A stretch of 64,000 nucleotides of DNA, from the NCBI GenBank assembly GCA_963769935.1, contig CAVYNY010000010.1, forward strand, positions 576,001-640,000, read 5' to 3'. The notes beneath the pieces are model-generated. The model ran no database searches. It was not told the origin of the DNA and worked only from the letters and a program-made list of their open reading frames with translations. The stretch is from an uncultured delta proteobacterium (GTDB taxonomy: Bacteria; Desulfobacterota; Desulfobacteria; Desulfobacterales; JAFDCJ01). A program made the position numbers and the translations under genes. Positions 11,501-21,159 of this stretch are shown here, piece after piece (position 1 is the first letter of the stretch; each line of letters opens with the position of its first letter).

Positions 11501-11707
11501 TTCCGTGACCATAAGGGCCGGTGATAAACCGAATTTAAGACCCACCTCGCCGCCCAGCGTCAATTCCCGGCCGGTGCGTTCTGCGACCATCCGCTCGATC
11601 CGCGGCTTGAGCTTGGCGTAGTCGTAGGTGCTCAAAACCAGATAGGCCGCTGCCGCCAAAGCGACAATTAAAGCGGCCCCGACCAATGCAATCCATTTCC
11701 AACGCAT
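8507..11707 (-). CDS. AsmA-family protein with internal 72-aa tandem repeats
   Basis: N-terminal TM plus AsmA-type start (KPRIERMVAERTGRELTLGG, LANAPWASDPQM) and AsmA C-terminus (IKCAVVQFDISSGIA, GEGDINLGTEQVD). Confidence 0.85.
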   Translation of the reverse strand: MRWKWIALVGAALIVALAAAAYLVLSTYDYAKLKPRIERMVAERTGRELTLGGEVGLKFGLSPALMVTEVALANAPWASDPQMITARRIEAKVRLLPLLFGDVELKYLTLSGVDVVLVMNAAGQRNWQFTASAGSASPSGPPTRLHIAVEDIRVENLKLTYRDEKAAHTTRFNLAGLEIARRADPDFLALKLQADYNGQPVALSGRIGRLQRIVSGEQFPLELAGRFLSATVNLAGSIGEVRALQGLDLKFRVAGKSLQELGRGIGAELPQTDAFDLSGHLAGSGRFPMLENISGTVSAGEAALAVSGRVGNLMALQDMDLQLKGSGKDLAQVGAMVGQKLPPTDEFSLEGRLTGSAKALSLQDVRGQARRSSLNLAAEGAIGDLLVFQGVDLQLKGTGKDLAQVGEIVGQKLPPTDEFALQGRLTGSAKALSLQNFQGRAHRGSLNLTAEGAIGDLAAFRQVDLRLKGTGHDLAQAESIIGQKLLSTDEFELAGRLTGSGRALALHDIRGRARRGSLNLTVEGAIEDLPAFRYVDLWLRGTGKDLAQAESIIAQKLPSTDEFVLEGRLTGSGRALSLHDIMGQALRGDLNLTVTGKIGDLRAFRHVDLRLKGAGKDLAQAETIVGQKLPPTDAFSLQGRLAGSAGALSLQEVRGEARRGSLSLEATGTIKDLPALEGMDLRLKAGGKELAEIGPLVGANLPELGPFDFSGHLSGSARSFSLADLTAVVDKSDFNGLAKVEFRERPKITLRLESSLLDMTALLKNLRQDEKEPGREPGRLEGRLFSDDPLPLNILKQVDADISLNAKNVRARDANFEFGRLMLTVENGDLNVETLQATYQQTRISGNFHLYPESPARVAAKFLVQDFDLGGLLRGLRISQQVRSHLDIAVDVNSRGGSLHDLMAGLDGSVGAVMGKGYLTHYLDLISLGLTRKVIHFWGSHHEGGEIKCAVVQFDISSGIAASQAFVFDTEAGVLTGEGDINLGTEQVDFLLVPEPRFPSLMDFWTKLRVSGPITDPKVRPDMFSLLSKGAKALSALVIGPLGLLAPFVNLGAYKAHPCNIHSIGQ
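9530..10945 (-). repeat. 216-bp (72-aa) coding tandem repeat, 6 full units plus a partial seventh
   Basis: GK[SDE]L-type unit starts at 10945, 10729, 10513, 10297, 10081, 9865 and 9649, an exact 216-bp period. Confidence 0.92.
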
Positions 11708-11876
11708 GGCACACTTTACCTTTGCCGGCAGTTTTTTTGCTGCGGCGTTTCTTAATGTAAGGGTCTAATCTTCCTCAATAAACGGAAATTGGAAAAAGTA
11801 ACCGCTGTGGCTCAGCAAATTTATCACAAAAACCGCAAAAATTTACCCCCCAACGATACCAAGACGAGTAAACCAT

Positions 11877-11893
11877 AGCGAAATATGTGCCAA
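11877..11893 (-). promoter_or_regulatory. Sigma54 -24/-12 promoter upstream of the asmA-like gene
   Basis: Minus strand TTGGCACATATTTCGCT = GG-N10-GC; adjacent to a sigma54 activator gene. Confidence 0.75.
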
Positions 11894-11990
11894 TCTGGCA
11901 ACAACTGATTGAAGGCGACATAAGGTGCCTTGGTAGCTGGGTTTATTCTCAGATGGAATGGGAAAAGCCGGCTTAAGAAATGCGGTGATA

Positions 11991-12006
11991 TGCCGATATT
12001 TCGGCA
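11991..12006. promoter_or_regulatory. Palindromic candidate upstream activator site TGCCGA-N4-TCGGCA
   Basis: tgccgatatttcggca, ~100 bp upstream of the sigma54 promoter; recurs at 46301 with identical spacing. Confidence 0.65.
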
Positions 12007-12025
12007 GAACGCCCGTATTACAGCA

Positions 12026-14704
12026 TCACTTGGCGGGGCGCCGGATGCCCAGTTTTTTTATCTTCGACTGCAGGGTGGTGCGCTTGAGACCCAGAATCTC
12101 CGCGGCACCGCCCTGTCCTGTAAGGCGCCAGCCGCTTTTCTCCAGAACGCCCAGGATGTGCCGGCGTTCGGCATCCGCCAGGCTGAGATTCGCGGGGATA
12201 TCGGAAGACGCCGTCCGGGGTGCGCTGACGTCCAGGGATTTGCCGCTGCTCACAATCATGGCGTGCTCGACGACATTTCGCAGCTCCCGGGCGTTGCCCG
12301 GCCAGAGGTAATGCTGCAGGTCTTCCATGCTTTTGCGCGGGATGTGGTCGATGCGCTTGCCCATCTTTTTTTCATACTGCCTGACAAAGGCCCAGACCAG
12401 CAGGGGAATATCCTCCGGCCGTTCCCGCAGCGGCGGCACGGCTATGGGAAACACATTCAACCGGTAATACAGGTCCTTTCTGAATTTTGCTTCGGCCACA
12501 TCGCGGGCCAGATCCCGGTTGGTGGCCGCGATGATGCGCACGTTCACCTGCAGCGGCTTGGTGGATCCCAGACGCTCGAACCGGCCTTGTTCCAGCACCC
12601 GCAGCAGCTTGGCCTGCACATCCTGCGGCAGATCCCCGATCTCGTCCAGAAACAGCGTGGCCCCGTCGGCCACCTCGAAACGGCCCGTCATCCGGGTCAG
12701 CGCACCGGTATAAGCACCTTTTTCACGGCCGAAAAGCTCGCTTTCGATCAGCGTGGGCGGCAGCGAGGCACAGTTGACGGTCACCAGGGACCGGTCCTTG
12801 CGGGCGCTCAGTCGATGCACGGCCCGGGCCAGAAGCTCCTTGCCGGTGCCCGTTTCCCCCTCGATCAGGACGGTGGTATCCGTCCGGGCCACCTGCTCGA
12901 CCTGGGCCAGAATCGCCTTCAGGGCACGGCTGCGGCCGACAATCTCCTCGTGCACATTCTGCAGCTCGATCTCTTCCCGCAGGTAGATGTTCTCCTTTTC
13001 CAGCTGCCGCTTGAGGCCTTCGATCTCCTCGAGTCTCACCTGCAGCTGTTCTTCCATCTGCTTGCGCTCGGAGATATCAATGGATACACCCATCAGGCGT
13101 TCCGACTCCCCTGACGGACTAAAATAGGGACGGCCGCGACCGGCCATCCACCTGATAGTACCGTCGGGGCGGATGATGCGGTATTCCTCTCGAAAATCAG
13201 CCCGCGTCCGTTTGCACTCTTCTACGCTCCTGCGAATCCGAGCGCGGTCTTCCGGATCGACGATTTGCATGAAACCCTCGAAATTCAGCTCCTGCCCCGG
13301 GGCAAATCCATATAATTCCCTGGTTTTTTCGGTGCCCCAAATACGTCCGTTGGAAGTTTCTAAATTCCACAGGCCGGCTTCCGCAGAAGTGGCGGCCAGA
13401 TTTAGGCGCGCCTCGCTTTCGCGCAACGCTTCCTCCGAGCGCTTGCGATCGAGCGCGGCGGCAAATACGGCCACGATGAGACTCATCCGCTGTACCAAAT
13501 CCACCGGCCAGATCCGCTCCGCACGCACCGCCACTAGTGCGCAGGATCCCAGCGTCCTGCCTCCACTTAACATGGGAATTGAAAGCAACGATTTCATGCC
13601 CTTGACCCGACAAAGGCGCCGCTCCCCTTCGGCTTCAGCCGGCAGGTCTTCCAGCCGATCGACCACCACCAAATTACCTTGCCGTAATTGCGCGATGTAC
13701 CATGGCAATTGATGCTGCGAAAGGAAAACAGGCGCGGGCTCGATCCCTTCCAGATGATATTCAAATGCGCTTTGCAACCGAGCCCCGTCTTCGGTAAATA
13801 TTCCTATGGAACACCGGTCCGCATCGAAAAATTCGGTGATGCGCTGGAGCCACTTATTGATTTCGCCTTCGACTTTATCGGTCGAAATGTTCACAAATCC
13901 GGCCGAAAGATCGGATATTAACTCCTCAAACCGCAGTCGATCCGCCGACTGCTGCCGTGTCTGGGCAAGCTGCAGGGTGTTTACAAGGATCTCTCCCAGC
14001 AGGCGCAGCCGCGGAATATAATCTTCAGGCCAGGCACATTCTTTACGGACCGCATTTATGGAAATGATGTAATCCAATGAGGCACCGACGGTGATCGGGA
14101 TGTTCAGAGCGGATCGAATTTCCAATCTCTCGTATGTTTGCCGGTCGACCGCGGCCTCGCCCGGCAGCTCATCGCGTGTGGTGAAGGAGACGACTTCATG
14201 CCGCTGAATAATTTTCTCGTAGACCCAGGGAAACAACATGAGGGAAAGGTCGGCATTTTCCGGTACGGGGGAAACCTCAGAGGCATACGCGACATGGGTG
14301 ATCCGAAATGAAGTATCGATCGGTGAAATCCGGACCAGGCCGCAGCGGTCCACCTGGAAAAAATCGAGTATCTGCGTCAGGGCACTTCGAATTTGGTGAT
14401 CGACCTGGTCAGGAGCCAAGTTGATAAATCGGGCCGAAAGGTCTGACAACAGCCGCTCAAATTGCAGGCGTTCTTTGAGGCCCACCTCGGCCAGTTTGCG
14501 CTGTTCGATTTCCCGATTCAGGCGTTCGCGGACGGCAGCCAATTGCTCTTTTGCTCCGGCCGAATCCACCGCCAGTGCTTTTACGGGCCGGGCCGGGCCC
14601 GCGTGCGACCGCAGCAGAGCTTCCCCGGCCCGCCGGCTGTCTGCATTTTTCTGCGCATATTGCCGGCGATTGGTTTTTGCATTTTCCAGTCGGTCGTTGA
14701 CCAT
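12026..14704 (-). CDS. Sigma54-dependent activator (FhlA-like): GAF-GAF-PAS-AAA+-HTH
   Basis: [45 protein letters not shown] and C-terminal [15 protein letters not shown]. Confidence 0.93.
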   Translation of the reverse strand: MVNDRLENAKTNRRQYAQKNADSRRAGEALLRSHAGPARPVKALAVDSAGAKEQLAAVRERLNREIEQRKLAEVGLKERLQFERLLSDLSARFINLAPDQVDHQIRSALTQILDFFQVDRCGLVRISPIDTSFRITHVAYASEVSPVPENADLSLMLFPWVYEKIIQRHEVVSFTTRDELPGEAAVDRQTYERLEIRSALNIPITVGASLDYIISINAVRKECAWPEDYIPRLRLLGEILVNTLQLAQTRQQSADRLRFEELISDLSAGFVNISTDKVEGEINKWLQRITEFFDADRCSIGIFTEDGARLQSAFEYHLEGIEPAPVFLSQHQLPWYIAQLRQGNLVVVDRLEDLPAEAEGERRLCRVKGMKSLLSIPMLSGGRTLGSCALVAVRAERIWPVDLVQRMSLIVAVFAAALDRKRSEEALRESEARLNLAATSAEAGLWNLETSNGRIWGTEKTRELYGFAPGQELNFEGFMQIVDPEDRARIRRSVEECKRTRADFREEYRIIRPDGTIRWMAGRGRPYFSPSGESERLMGVSIDISERKQMEEQLQVRLEEIEGLKRQLEKENIYLREEIELQNVHEEIVGRSRALKAILAQVEQVARTDTTVLIEGETGTGKELLARAVHRLSARKDRSLVTVNCASLPPTLIESELFGREKGAYTGALTRMTGRFEVADGATLFLDEIGDLPQDVQAKLLRVLEQGRFERLGSTKPLQVNVRIIAATNRDLARDVAEAKFRKDLYYRLNVFPIAVPPLRERPEDIPLLVWAFVRQYEKKMGKRIDHIPRKSMEDLQHYLWPGNARELRNVVEHAMIVSSGKSLDVSAPRTASSDIPANLSLADAERRHILGVLEKSGWRLTGQGGAAEILGLKRTTLQSKIKKLGIRRPAK

Positions 14705-14813
14705 CCGAAGCCTCCTTGAGCTTCTGCCGCTGCCCCCGTCAGCTTGTCAAATTCCCGCATACGTGAAATTGATCGCCGACTTCGGTTCAGGTTTTCTCGA
14801 ATCCAATCTATAT

Positions 14814-14851
14814 GTGGATTCAAAACCTCAGATCAGGGGTTTTGAAACCAC
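14814..14851. terminator. Hairpin between nth and the activator, possible terminator
   Basis: gtggattcaaaacc ... ggttttgaaaccac inverted repeat. Confidence 0.45.
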
Positions 14852-14931
14852 TTCCAGCCAATAACGACCATTAACTACACCCAAAGTTGATCTATTGTCA
14901 AAGCCAATTTATTGTCAATTCCATGCGTTAC

Positions 14932-15576
14932 CTATTCGGGTGATGACGTTTTGTAAGGCCAGGAGCAAAATTTATTTAAAGGACATGCCGGGCATTTTGG
15001 TTTGCGGGCCGTACAGGTTTCGCGTCCGAAAAAAATAAGCCTCAACGAAAAATCACGCCACTCCCGTTTCGGTATGATTTTCATCAAATCGAACTCGATT
15101 TTCACCGGATCTTTGTTGTCTGTCAGGCCCAACCGCTGCGCAATTCGACCGACGTGAGTATCCACCACGATTCCAGGGGTCTCGAAAACTGCTCCCAGAA
15201 CAACATTGGCGGTCTTGCGCCCGACCCCGGGGAGATTGGTCAGTTCCTCCAAAGTGCCCGGCACCATGCCTTTATGGACAGCCAATAACGCTTGGCTGCA
15301 ATTTTTGATATTTTTGGCTTTGTTGTGAAAGAAACCCGTCGGACGGATTAGCTGCTCGATGGCATTCAACGGCGCTCCGGCAAAATCAGAAGGCGTTTTC
15401 AGGTGCTTAAACAGTTCGCCGGTAACCCGATTGACCTGATTGTCGGTACACTGCGCCGACAGGATGACGGCCACCAGCAGCTGAAAGGGCGTTTCGTAAT
15501 TCAGCGGGGTTTTGACTTCCGGGTAGCGTTCTCTAAGAATTTTGCGGATTCGATCAACGCGGTTTTTAAAGTTCAT
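14932..15576 (-). CDS. nth: Endonuclease III
   Basis: VILSAQCTD, HhH motif LPGVGRKTANVV, VDTHV and C-X6-C-X2-C-X5-C Fe-S motif. Confidence 0.96.
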   Translation of the reverse strand: MNFKNRVDRIRKILRERYPEVKTPLNYETPFQLLVAVILSAQCTDNQVNRVTGELFKHLKTPSDFAGAPLNAIEQLIRPTGFFHNKAKNIKNCSQALLAVHKGMVPGTLEELTNLPGVGRKTANVVLGAVFETPGIVVDTHVGRIAQRLGLTDNKDPVKIEFDLMKIIPKREWRDFSLRLIFFGRETCTARKPKCPACPLNKFCSWPYKTSSPE

Positions 15577-15830
15577 GCTTCTGTCCGTTGTCGGTTGTCA
15601 GTTGCAAAAGTAAGATCGCTGGTCTATTTTATGAATCATGATTCTACGAATTGCAAATTGACGATGCATCAGTAGTTTTTTAATTTAGGAACACAGCATA
15701 TAGGACGCAATTCCGTTGATCGTCAAGGTTTAATGATTTTTCCCACAAGTTACTGACAACGGACAACAAACAACAGACAGCGCGTGAACAGCACCTTTAA
15801 ACATAACATCAAAAAGGCAAAAGACGACGT

Positions 15831-16829
15831 ATGAATACCAATAAACAAAAAGCACGCGCTTTAGGCCTAAGCTCCGGCGGCCTGGATAGTATGTTGGCGG
15901 GGCTGGTACTGCGCGAGCAGGGAATTGAAGTCGAATGGGTGACGTTTGAAACCCCATTTTTCAATGCCGCCAAAGCCCGCAAGGCATCCCGGATGACGGG
16001 CATCCCCTTGACCGTCAAACCCATATATCCCGTGTATATCGAAATGCTGAAAAATCCGCCGGCCGGATACGGCAAATACATGAACCCCTGCATGGACTGC
16101 CACGCCCTGATGTTCAAGCTGGCCGGAGAAATCATGCGCGCCAGAGAATTTGATTTTCTCTTCAGCGGCGAGGTGCTCGGCCAGCGGCCGATGTCCCAGA
16201 ATAAAACATCGCTGCGCTATGTGGAAAAACATTCCGGTTTTGACGGCTACATCCTGCGCCCGCTGACTGCGAAAAATTTGCCGGAAACCATTCCGGAAAA
16301 AGGGGGGCTGGTAGATCGGGAACTGCTCCTGGACATCGCCGGCCGCAGTCGCAAAGCTCAGATCAAACTGGCCGAAAAATTCGGAATCAAGGATTATCCC
16401 GCCCCCGCCGGGGGCTGTCTGCTCACCGACGTCGGTTATACCAAACGCTTAAGGGACCTGTTCGATCACCAGGACAATTGCACCGAAGAAGAGCTGCATC
16501 TTTTAAAATACGGCCGGCACTACCGCTTGAATCCGCAGACCAAATTGATCGTGGGCCGCACTGAGAAAGACAACGAGAATATCCTCAAATACCACGACCC
16601 GCAGATCGATACGGTGATCGATGTCAAGGATTATCCCGGTCCGATAGGCCTGGTGCCGCATGGCGCCGGCAAGGAATCCACTCTTCTGGCCGCCTCCATC
16701 TGCACCGGCTACAGCAAAGCGCCGAAGCTGGCGCCAGTGGAAGTGCTGGTAAACACCGCCAAAAAACAGGAAACCATCAAGGTTATCGCCCTCCAGCCGG
16801 AGGATGTCCGCAAGTTGATGATCCAATAG
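15831..16829 (+). CDS. ThiI-like tRNA thiouridylase without THUMP (PP-loop, CxxC..C)
   Basis: SGGLDS, NPCMDCH, GEVLGQRPMSQ, PAGGCLLTD. Confidence 0.75.
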   Translation: MNTNKQKARALGLSSGGLDSMLAGLVLREQGIEVEWVTFETPFFNAAKARKASRMTGIPLTVKPIYPVYIEMLKNPPAGYGKYMNPCMDCHALMFKLAGEIMRAREFDFLFSGEVLGQRPMSQNKTSLRYVEKHSGFDGYILRPLTAKNLPETIPEKGGLVDRELLLDIAGRSRKAQIKLAEKFGIKDYPAPAGGCLLTDVGYTKRLRDLFDHQDNCTEEELHLLKYGRHYRLNPQTKLIVGRTEKDNENILKYHDPQIDTVIDVKDYPGPIGLVPHGAGKESTLLAASICTGYSKAPKLAPVEVLVNTAKKQETIKVIALQPEDVRKLMIQ

Positions 16830-17065
16830 GAACAGAGGACGCAAGGCTGAGGGCAAATGCTGAGAAGCTGAGAAGATCAGAAAATCAGAAGAGCAGAAGT
16901 TGGGATGACGGAAAGTTGGCAAGACGGTAAGTGGGAAATACGGTAACCCAATCCGGCTAGCCACATCAAGCAGCCGGCACCCGGCAACAGTGCTGACACC
17001 TGAGACCTTTGGTTTCCGCCTTTACGCTTTGCCCTATGGGTTGTTCTTCTGCCTCTGAAAGTCTT

Positions 17066-17114
17066 TCCTCTGTTTTCTGCTCTCTGACTTCTGTCATCTG
17101 TCTTCCGTCCTCTG
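17066..17114. repeat. Heptamer array (NNNTCTG)x7 overlapping the 3' end of the ABC ATPase
   Basis: tcctctg ttttctg ctctctg acttctg tcatctg tcttccg tcctctg. Confidence 0.8.
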
Positions 17115-18212
17115 TTTCGGCAGCAGGCGGCAGTGAACGGGATCTACCTGAATCGCAACTGCTTCTCCGCGCTGGAAGGATTGGGATACGACCAGATTTA
17201 TCACATGCATCATGGTGCCGTTTTCCAGTTCCACAAAGTAGCTGATCTCCCCGCCCATGTAACTTCGATTTTTAACGGTGCCGCAAAAGTGGTTGATACC
17301 TGAATTGAGCGCCGCTTGGGCCCGGGGCTTAATTTTAAATTTTTGCGCCCGCACCACAACCTCCACGCGGTCTCCCGGAGACCAGTCGCCGGTGGATGGA
17401 TTGGCCAAAAACTCATGTCCATCGTCGAGTTTGACTCTGACCCAATCCCCTTCCCGGCCCATCACCGTGCCTTCGGCGAAATTGGAATGCCCCAGAAAGT
17501 CGGCCACAAAATGACTGGAGGAGTTGTTGTACACTTCCTCGGGAGTTCCCTCCTGCAGTTTCTGACCGGCCTTCATCACCACAACCTTATCCGACATAGA
17601 CAGGGCTTCGCGCTGATCATGGGTTACAAAGATGGTCGTCACCCCTATCAGCTGCTGCAGATTGCCGACTTCAACCCGCATCTCTTCCCGCAGATTTTCA
17701 TCAAGGGCGGAAAGGGGTTCATCCATAAGCAGAACATCCGGTTCAATGACGATGGCCCGCGCCATAGCAATGCGCTGCTGCTGCCCGCCCGAGAGCTGAG
17801 AGGGGAAACGATTCCCCACACCCGGCAGGCGAACCATTTCAAGGGCCTTTTCGACCTTTTGCCGGATCCGGGCTTTGGGAACATGGCGGTATTTAAGACC
17901 GAAAGCGACATTGTCGAAAATGCTTTTATGCGGGAAAAGGGCATAATTTTGAAAAATCATCCCCAGGTTGCGCTGGTGGATCGGCACATCGTTCACCCGT
18001 TTGCCCTTGATGAAAATTTGTCCCTCCGTTGGCTCTTCCAGGCCCGCCACGATGCGCAAAAGGGTTGTCTTGCCGCAACCGGAAGGCCCCAGAAGGGTCA
18101 CCAGCGACCCCTCCTCGATTTCCAGATCCATTTTCTCAACCGCGACTACCTTGTCGAAGCGCTTGACCACCCCCTCTAATTGTACCGCCGGTCGAGCCGC
18201 ATCTTTTTCCAT
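17094..18212 (-). CDS. PotA-like ABC transporter ATP-binding protein with TOBE domain
   Basis: GPSGCGKT, FQNYALFPH, LSGGQQQR, LLMDEP, VTHDQ. Confidence 0.93.
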   Translation of the reverse strand: MEKDAARPAVQLEGVVKRFDKVVAVEKMDLEIEEGSLVTLLGPSGCGKTTLLRIVAGLEEPTEGQIFIKGKRVNDVPIHQRNLGMIFQNYALFPHKSIFDNVAFGLKYRHVPKARIRQKVEKALEMVRLPGVGNRFPSQLSGGQQQRIAMARAIVIEPDVLLMDEPLSALDENLREEMRVEVGNLQQLIGVTTIFVTHDQREALSMSDKVVVMKAGQKLQEGTPEEVYNNSSSHFVADFLGHSNFAEGTVMGREGDWVRVKLDDGHEFLANPSTGDWSPGDRVEVVVRAQKFKIKPRAQAALNSGINHFCGTVKNRSYMGGEISYFVELENGTMMHVINLVVSQSFQRGEAVAIQVDPVHCRLLPKQRTEDR

Positions 18213-18522
18213 TGGGATATCCTCGTTTACGTATTGGGTTGCAAGCCGGGCGCCGCTATGGTTTCAGGTGTCAGTGTTCAGGTTTCAGCAAGAAATCATC
18301 CTGGTGACAACTCAACTTACCGCAAAGATCGCGGAGATTAAGAAAAATTGAATGAGAGTCCCCTCAGCGTTCCTTTGCGAACTCGGCGGTGAAATATTAA
18401 GTTTTATCTTTCGATCAAACCGGCCGTTGTTTTAGCCGGCGGCTGTGCTGACACCTCGTGTGAAACTACATTTAGTTTCTTCCACGATCAGACTGGACGC
18501 TCGCGGCCAGAGGCGGCGCTCA

Positions 18523-18624
18523 TATGAAACTTCCTTAAATTCGATGCCATTTTTACAAAGGGCCTCACCGCTGAGAGCGCAGAGATCGCGGAGATTAATT
18601 ATAATTTTCTTTCTCGGCGTTCTC
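18523..18624. repeat. Dispersed 102-bp repeat, copy 1
   Basis: tatgaaactt..aaattcgatgccattttta..accgctgagagcgcagag..cgcggagattaattataattttctttctcggcgt, near-identical to 40327-40428. Confidence 0.85.
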
Positions 18625-18814
18625 CCACCGGGGCGTAGGCCCTATGGGCCAGAGGCTGCGAGCTCTGCGGTGAACTATTATGTTTCTTTTTCGATCAGAC
18701 CGGCCGCTTTCAGGCCGGCGGTCCGCCTGGGCAAAACACCTGAAACCCGAACAAATGGCTTTATAGCATATCGGAATCTCCGTTACGCTAAGGCCGGATT
18801 GTCCGAATCAGGCA

Positions 18815-19975
18815 TCAACCGCCGGCCCTGAGGCGATCCCATTGTTCAGCCCATTCCACTTCGTGGGAGTTCCAATATTGCGGATTGGCAAACAGGAAAC
18901 CCTCTAGCTTGCCGCTTGGATCAAAAGCAGGCAGTTTTTGAACCGCCTCCGGCATCGGCACTTTCGTCGGATCGAGGCTGGATGGATATTTCTGCCCTTC
19001 AGCAACGGCAATGGCGGCTGCGGGGGCCAGCATAAAATTCAGCAGCTGCTCAGCCACATCAAGATCAGTGCCCTTGATTACGAAAATACACTCCTGCCAC
19101 GAGTAGCAGTTGTGCGGTGACAGAAACCCGATCGGATGCCCCTGGGCCTGCAGGGCAGCCACCCGGCCCGACCAGGCGGTCGTGGCATAAATCTCTTCGT
19201 TGGCCAGCAGGCTCATGAGCTCCGCACCGGAGCCCCAGTATTTTTTCATCAGGTCCCGCTGTACTCTAAGGGCTTGCCACACGGCCTTCAAGTCTGAAAT
19301 CTCGTTCGGGTTCTGGCCGGTATGCAGGGCGGCGTACCAGATATTGGTCCGCCAATCATTGAAACTGCCCAGCTTGCCCTTGAGATCTTTGTCCCACAGC
19401 AGGGAAGCACCTGACTTTTCAGCCTTGTCCTTGGTTACGTGCTTGGTGTTGTAAGCGATGCCGGTCTGGCCGTAGTCATAAGGAACCGCCGAGAGTTTGC
19501 CGTTGGTAATGGCGCGATAAGGCTCCATCATGGCCGACATCACATTGTCGAGGTTCGGGATTTTGCTTTCGTCAAGGTCGACGTTATAACCCAAGCCGAC
19601 GTAGCGTGCGTAGTCAAACACACCACTCAGGTGGGCGAGGTTGAACTCGCCGCCCGGTGGAAATGACGCCTTGACCCGGGTCAGGTAAGTGTCCATATCG
19701 CCGAATTCGCCTTCAACAACCTGGATGCCGGTGGCTTTGGTAAACGGCTCGAAAGCATATTTTCGAAAAGCTTCCGAAACGACACCTCCCCAACCGTCAA
19801 AGCGGATCGACTTGGCCGCCCATGCGCGTTTGGCCAGCATACCAAAGGGACCGCCCACCAGCCCGGCAGCAGCGCCGGCCATACTCAGATATTTGATGAA
19901 ATCCCGACGGCTCAGGTCCCCCTTCATGTAACGTTCATTTACTGCCTTTAGATTTTTTTCCAGATTCTTTTTCAC
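18815..19975 (-). CDS. PotD/PotF-like substrate-binding protein with Tat signal
   Basis: SRRDFIK twin-arginine motif; WGG, PFTKATGI, KIPNL, WSGR. Confidence 0.88.
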   Translation of the reverse strand: MKKNLEKNLKAVNERYMKGDLSRRDFIKYLSMAGAAAGLVGGPFGMLAKRAWAAKSIRFDGWGGVVSEAFRKYAFEPFTKATGIQVVEGEFGDMDTYLTRVKASFPPGGEFNLAHLSGVFDYARYVGLGYNVDLDESKIPNLDNVMSAMMEPYRAITNGKLSAVPYDYGQTGIAYNTKHVTKDKAEKSGASLLWDKDLKGKLGSFNDWRTNIWYAALHTGQNPNEISDLKAVWQALRVQRDLMKKYWGSGAELMSLLANEEIYATTAWSGRVAALQAQGHPIGFLSPHNCYSWQECIFVIKGTDLDVAEQLLNFMLAPAAAIAVAEGQKYPSSLDPTKVPMPEAVQKLPAFDPSGKLEGFLFANPQYWNSHEVEWAEQWDRLRAGG

Positions 19976-20136
19976 TTGCGACCTCCTTTTTTTTTAAAGG
20001 GTTAAGTGTTATTGTGGCTTCTGCGTTTCCCAATGCTCCGGTCTTCGAGTAATTAGTAGTTAAAAGAAAACCCACCCATAAGGTTATGTTGGGTTTCGCC
20101 CTTGGGAATCCATATCGGCCCAAGACGGCGATATGC

Positions 20137-20197
20137 GTAAGTTGGGTTGATCCGACGAAGGCGGACAACATAATCGGTCGGGCTCAACCCAACCTAC
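20137..20197. repeat. REP-like inverted pair (GTAG-type)
   Basis: gtaagttgggttga ... tcaacccaacctac. Confidence 0.65.
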
Positions 20198-20252
20198 CCG
20201 AGAACAGGATATTTCGTTCAGCACGAATTATACATCCCCTTCTGAATTACTT

Positions 20253-20292
20253 CCAAAGCTCCAACACTCCAATACTCCATTACTCCAACACT
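20253..20292. repeat. Degenerate octamer tandem repeat (CCAATACT)x5
   Basis: ccaaagct ccaacact ccaatact ccattact ccaacact. Confidence 0.8.
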
Positions 20293-20357
20293 ATGTTGGC
20301 ACCCTGTTGTCGCTGCCCCCACCGATCGTGATCTTCGACGGTCCCAGAAGACAAAAC

Positions 20358-21149
20358 TCAGGACCCCCTGGAAAACCTGCGGGCCAAGTACCCGGCCAGC
20401 AGAGGGATTGAAATCGTCAGAACGATCATTACGGTGCCCAAAGCGTTTATTTCAGGGCTGACGGAATTGCGCAGCATGCCGAAAATCTTGACCGGAACCG
20501 TCTGCATCGAGGCCGTGGCCCAGAACAGGGTGGCGGTAACATCATCAAAGGAAATTGTAAAAGAAAAGAGCATGCCCGCCAGTATCGCCGGCGTCAAAAG
20601 CGGCAGCGTTATTTCTTTGAAGGTCTGCAGCGGGCCGGCGCCGAGCGACAGGGCCGCCTCTTCATATTCTCTTTTGATACCCACCAATCTTGCCTGAACC
20701 ACCAGAAGGACATAGGGCAGGGTGATGACCACATGTCCGATCAGGAGCAGTACAAAGCTCTTGGGCAGCTGCATCCAGCGGATAAACAGCAGCAGAGCCA
20801 CCCCCAGGATAACTTCCGGGATCATGATCGGCGCCAGCAGCAGGGTGTTCAGTGTATTTTTTCCCGGAAACTCATACCGGATAAAGGCCATGGCCGCCGG
20901 AATCCCAATCGCCGTGACCAGAATTGACGTGATGGATCCCAGTATCAGCGAATTTTTGAATGCCAGCAGAATCGGTTCATTCCGGGCCAGCTTTAAATAC
21001 CATTTGAAACTGAAGCCTTTCATCGGAAAAGAGCCGAATTGTTCCGGGTTGAAAGAAAGAATAACCACCGCCACGATGGGGGCGAACATGAAAACATAAA
21101 CCAGGATCGTATACAGGCGAATTAAAGACCAGCCGGATATTTTTGGCAT
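20358..21149 (-). CDS. PotC-like ABC permease
   Basis: EEAALSLGA (EAA motif), FTISFDD, PEINALGT. Confidence 0.92.
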   Translation of the reverse strand: MPKISGWSLIRLYTILVYVFMFAPIVAVVILSFNPEQFGSFPMKGFSFKWYLKLARNEPILLAFKNSLILGSITSILVTAIGIPAAMAFIRYEFPGKNTLNTLLLAPIMIPEVILGVALLLFIRWMQLPKSFVLLLIGHVVITLPYVLLVVQARLVGIKREYEEAALSLGAGPLQTFKEITLPLLTPAILAGMLFSFTISFDDVTATLFWATASMQTVPVKIFGMLRNSVSPEINALGTVMIVLTISIPLLAGYLARRFSRGS

Positions 21150-21159
21150 GCAAATAAGC

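Noticed and set aside
11930..13114. Long antisense ORFs (also 9216-10109, 31527-32846, 37268-38344, 43521-44714, 48687-49685, 60269-61216)
   Set aside because: Shadow frames of well-supported genes in GC-rich coding DNA, with no recognisable motifs.
14887..14901. FNR-like box TTGAT..GTCAA upstream of the activator
   Set aside because: Spacing is one base too long for TTGAT-N4-ATCAA, so it is not supportable.
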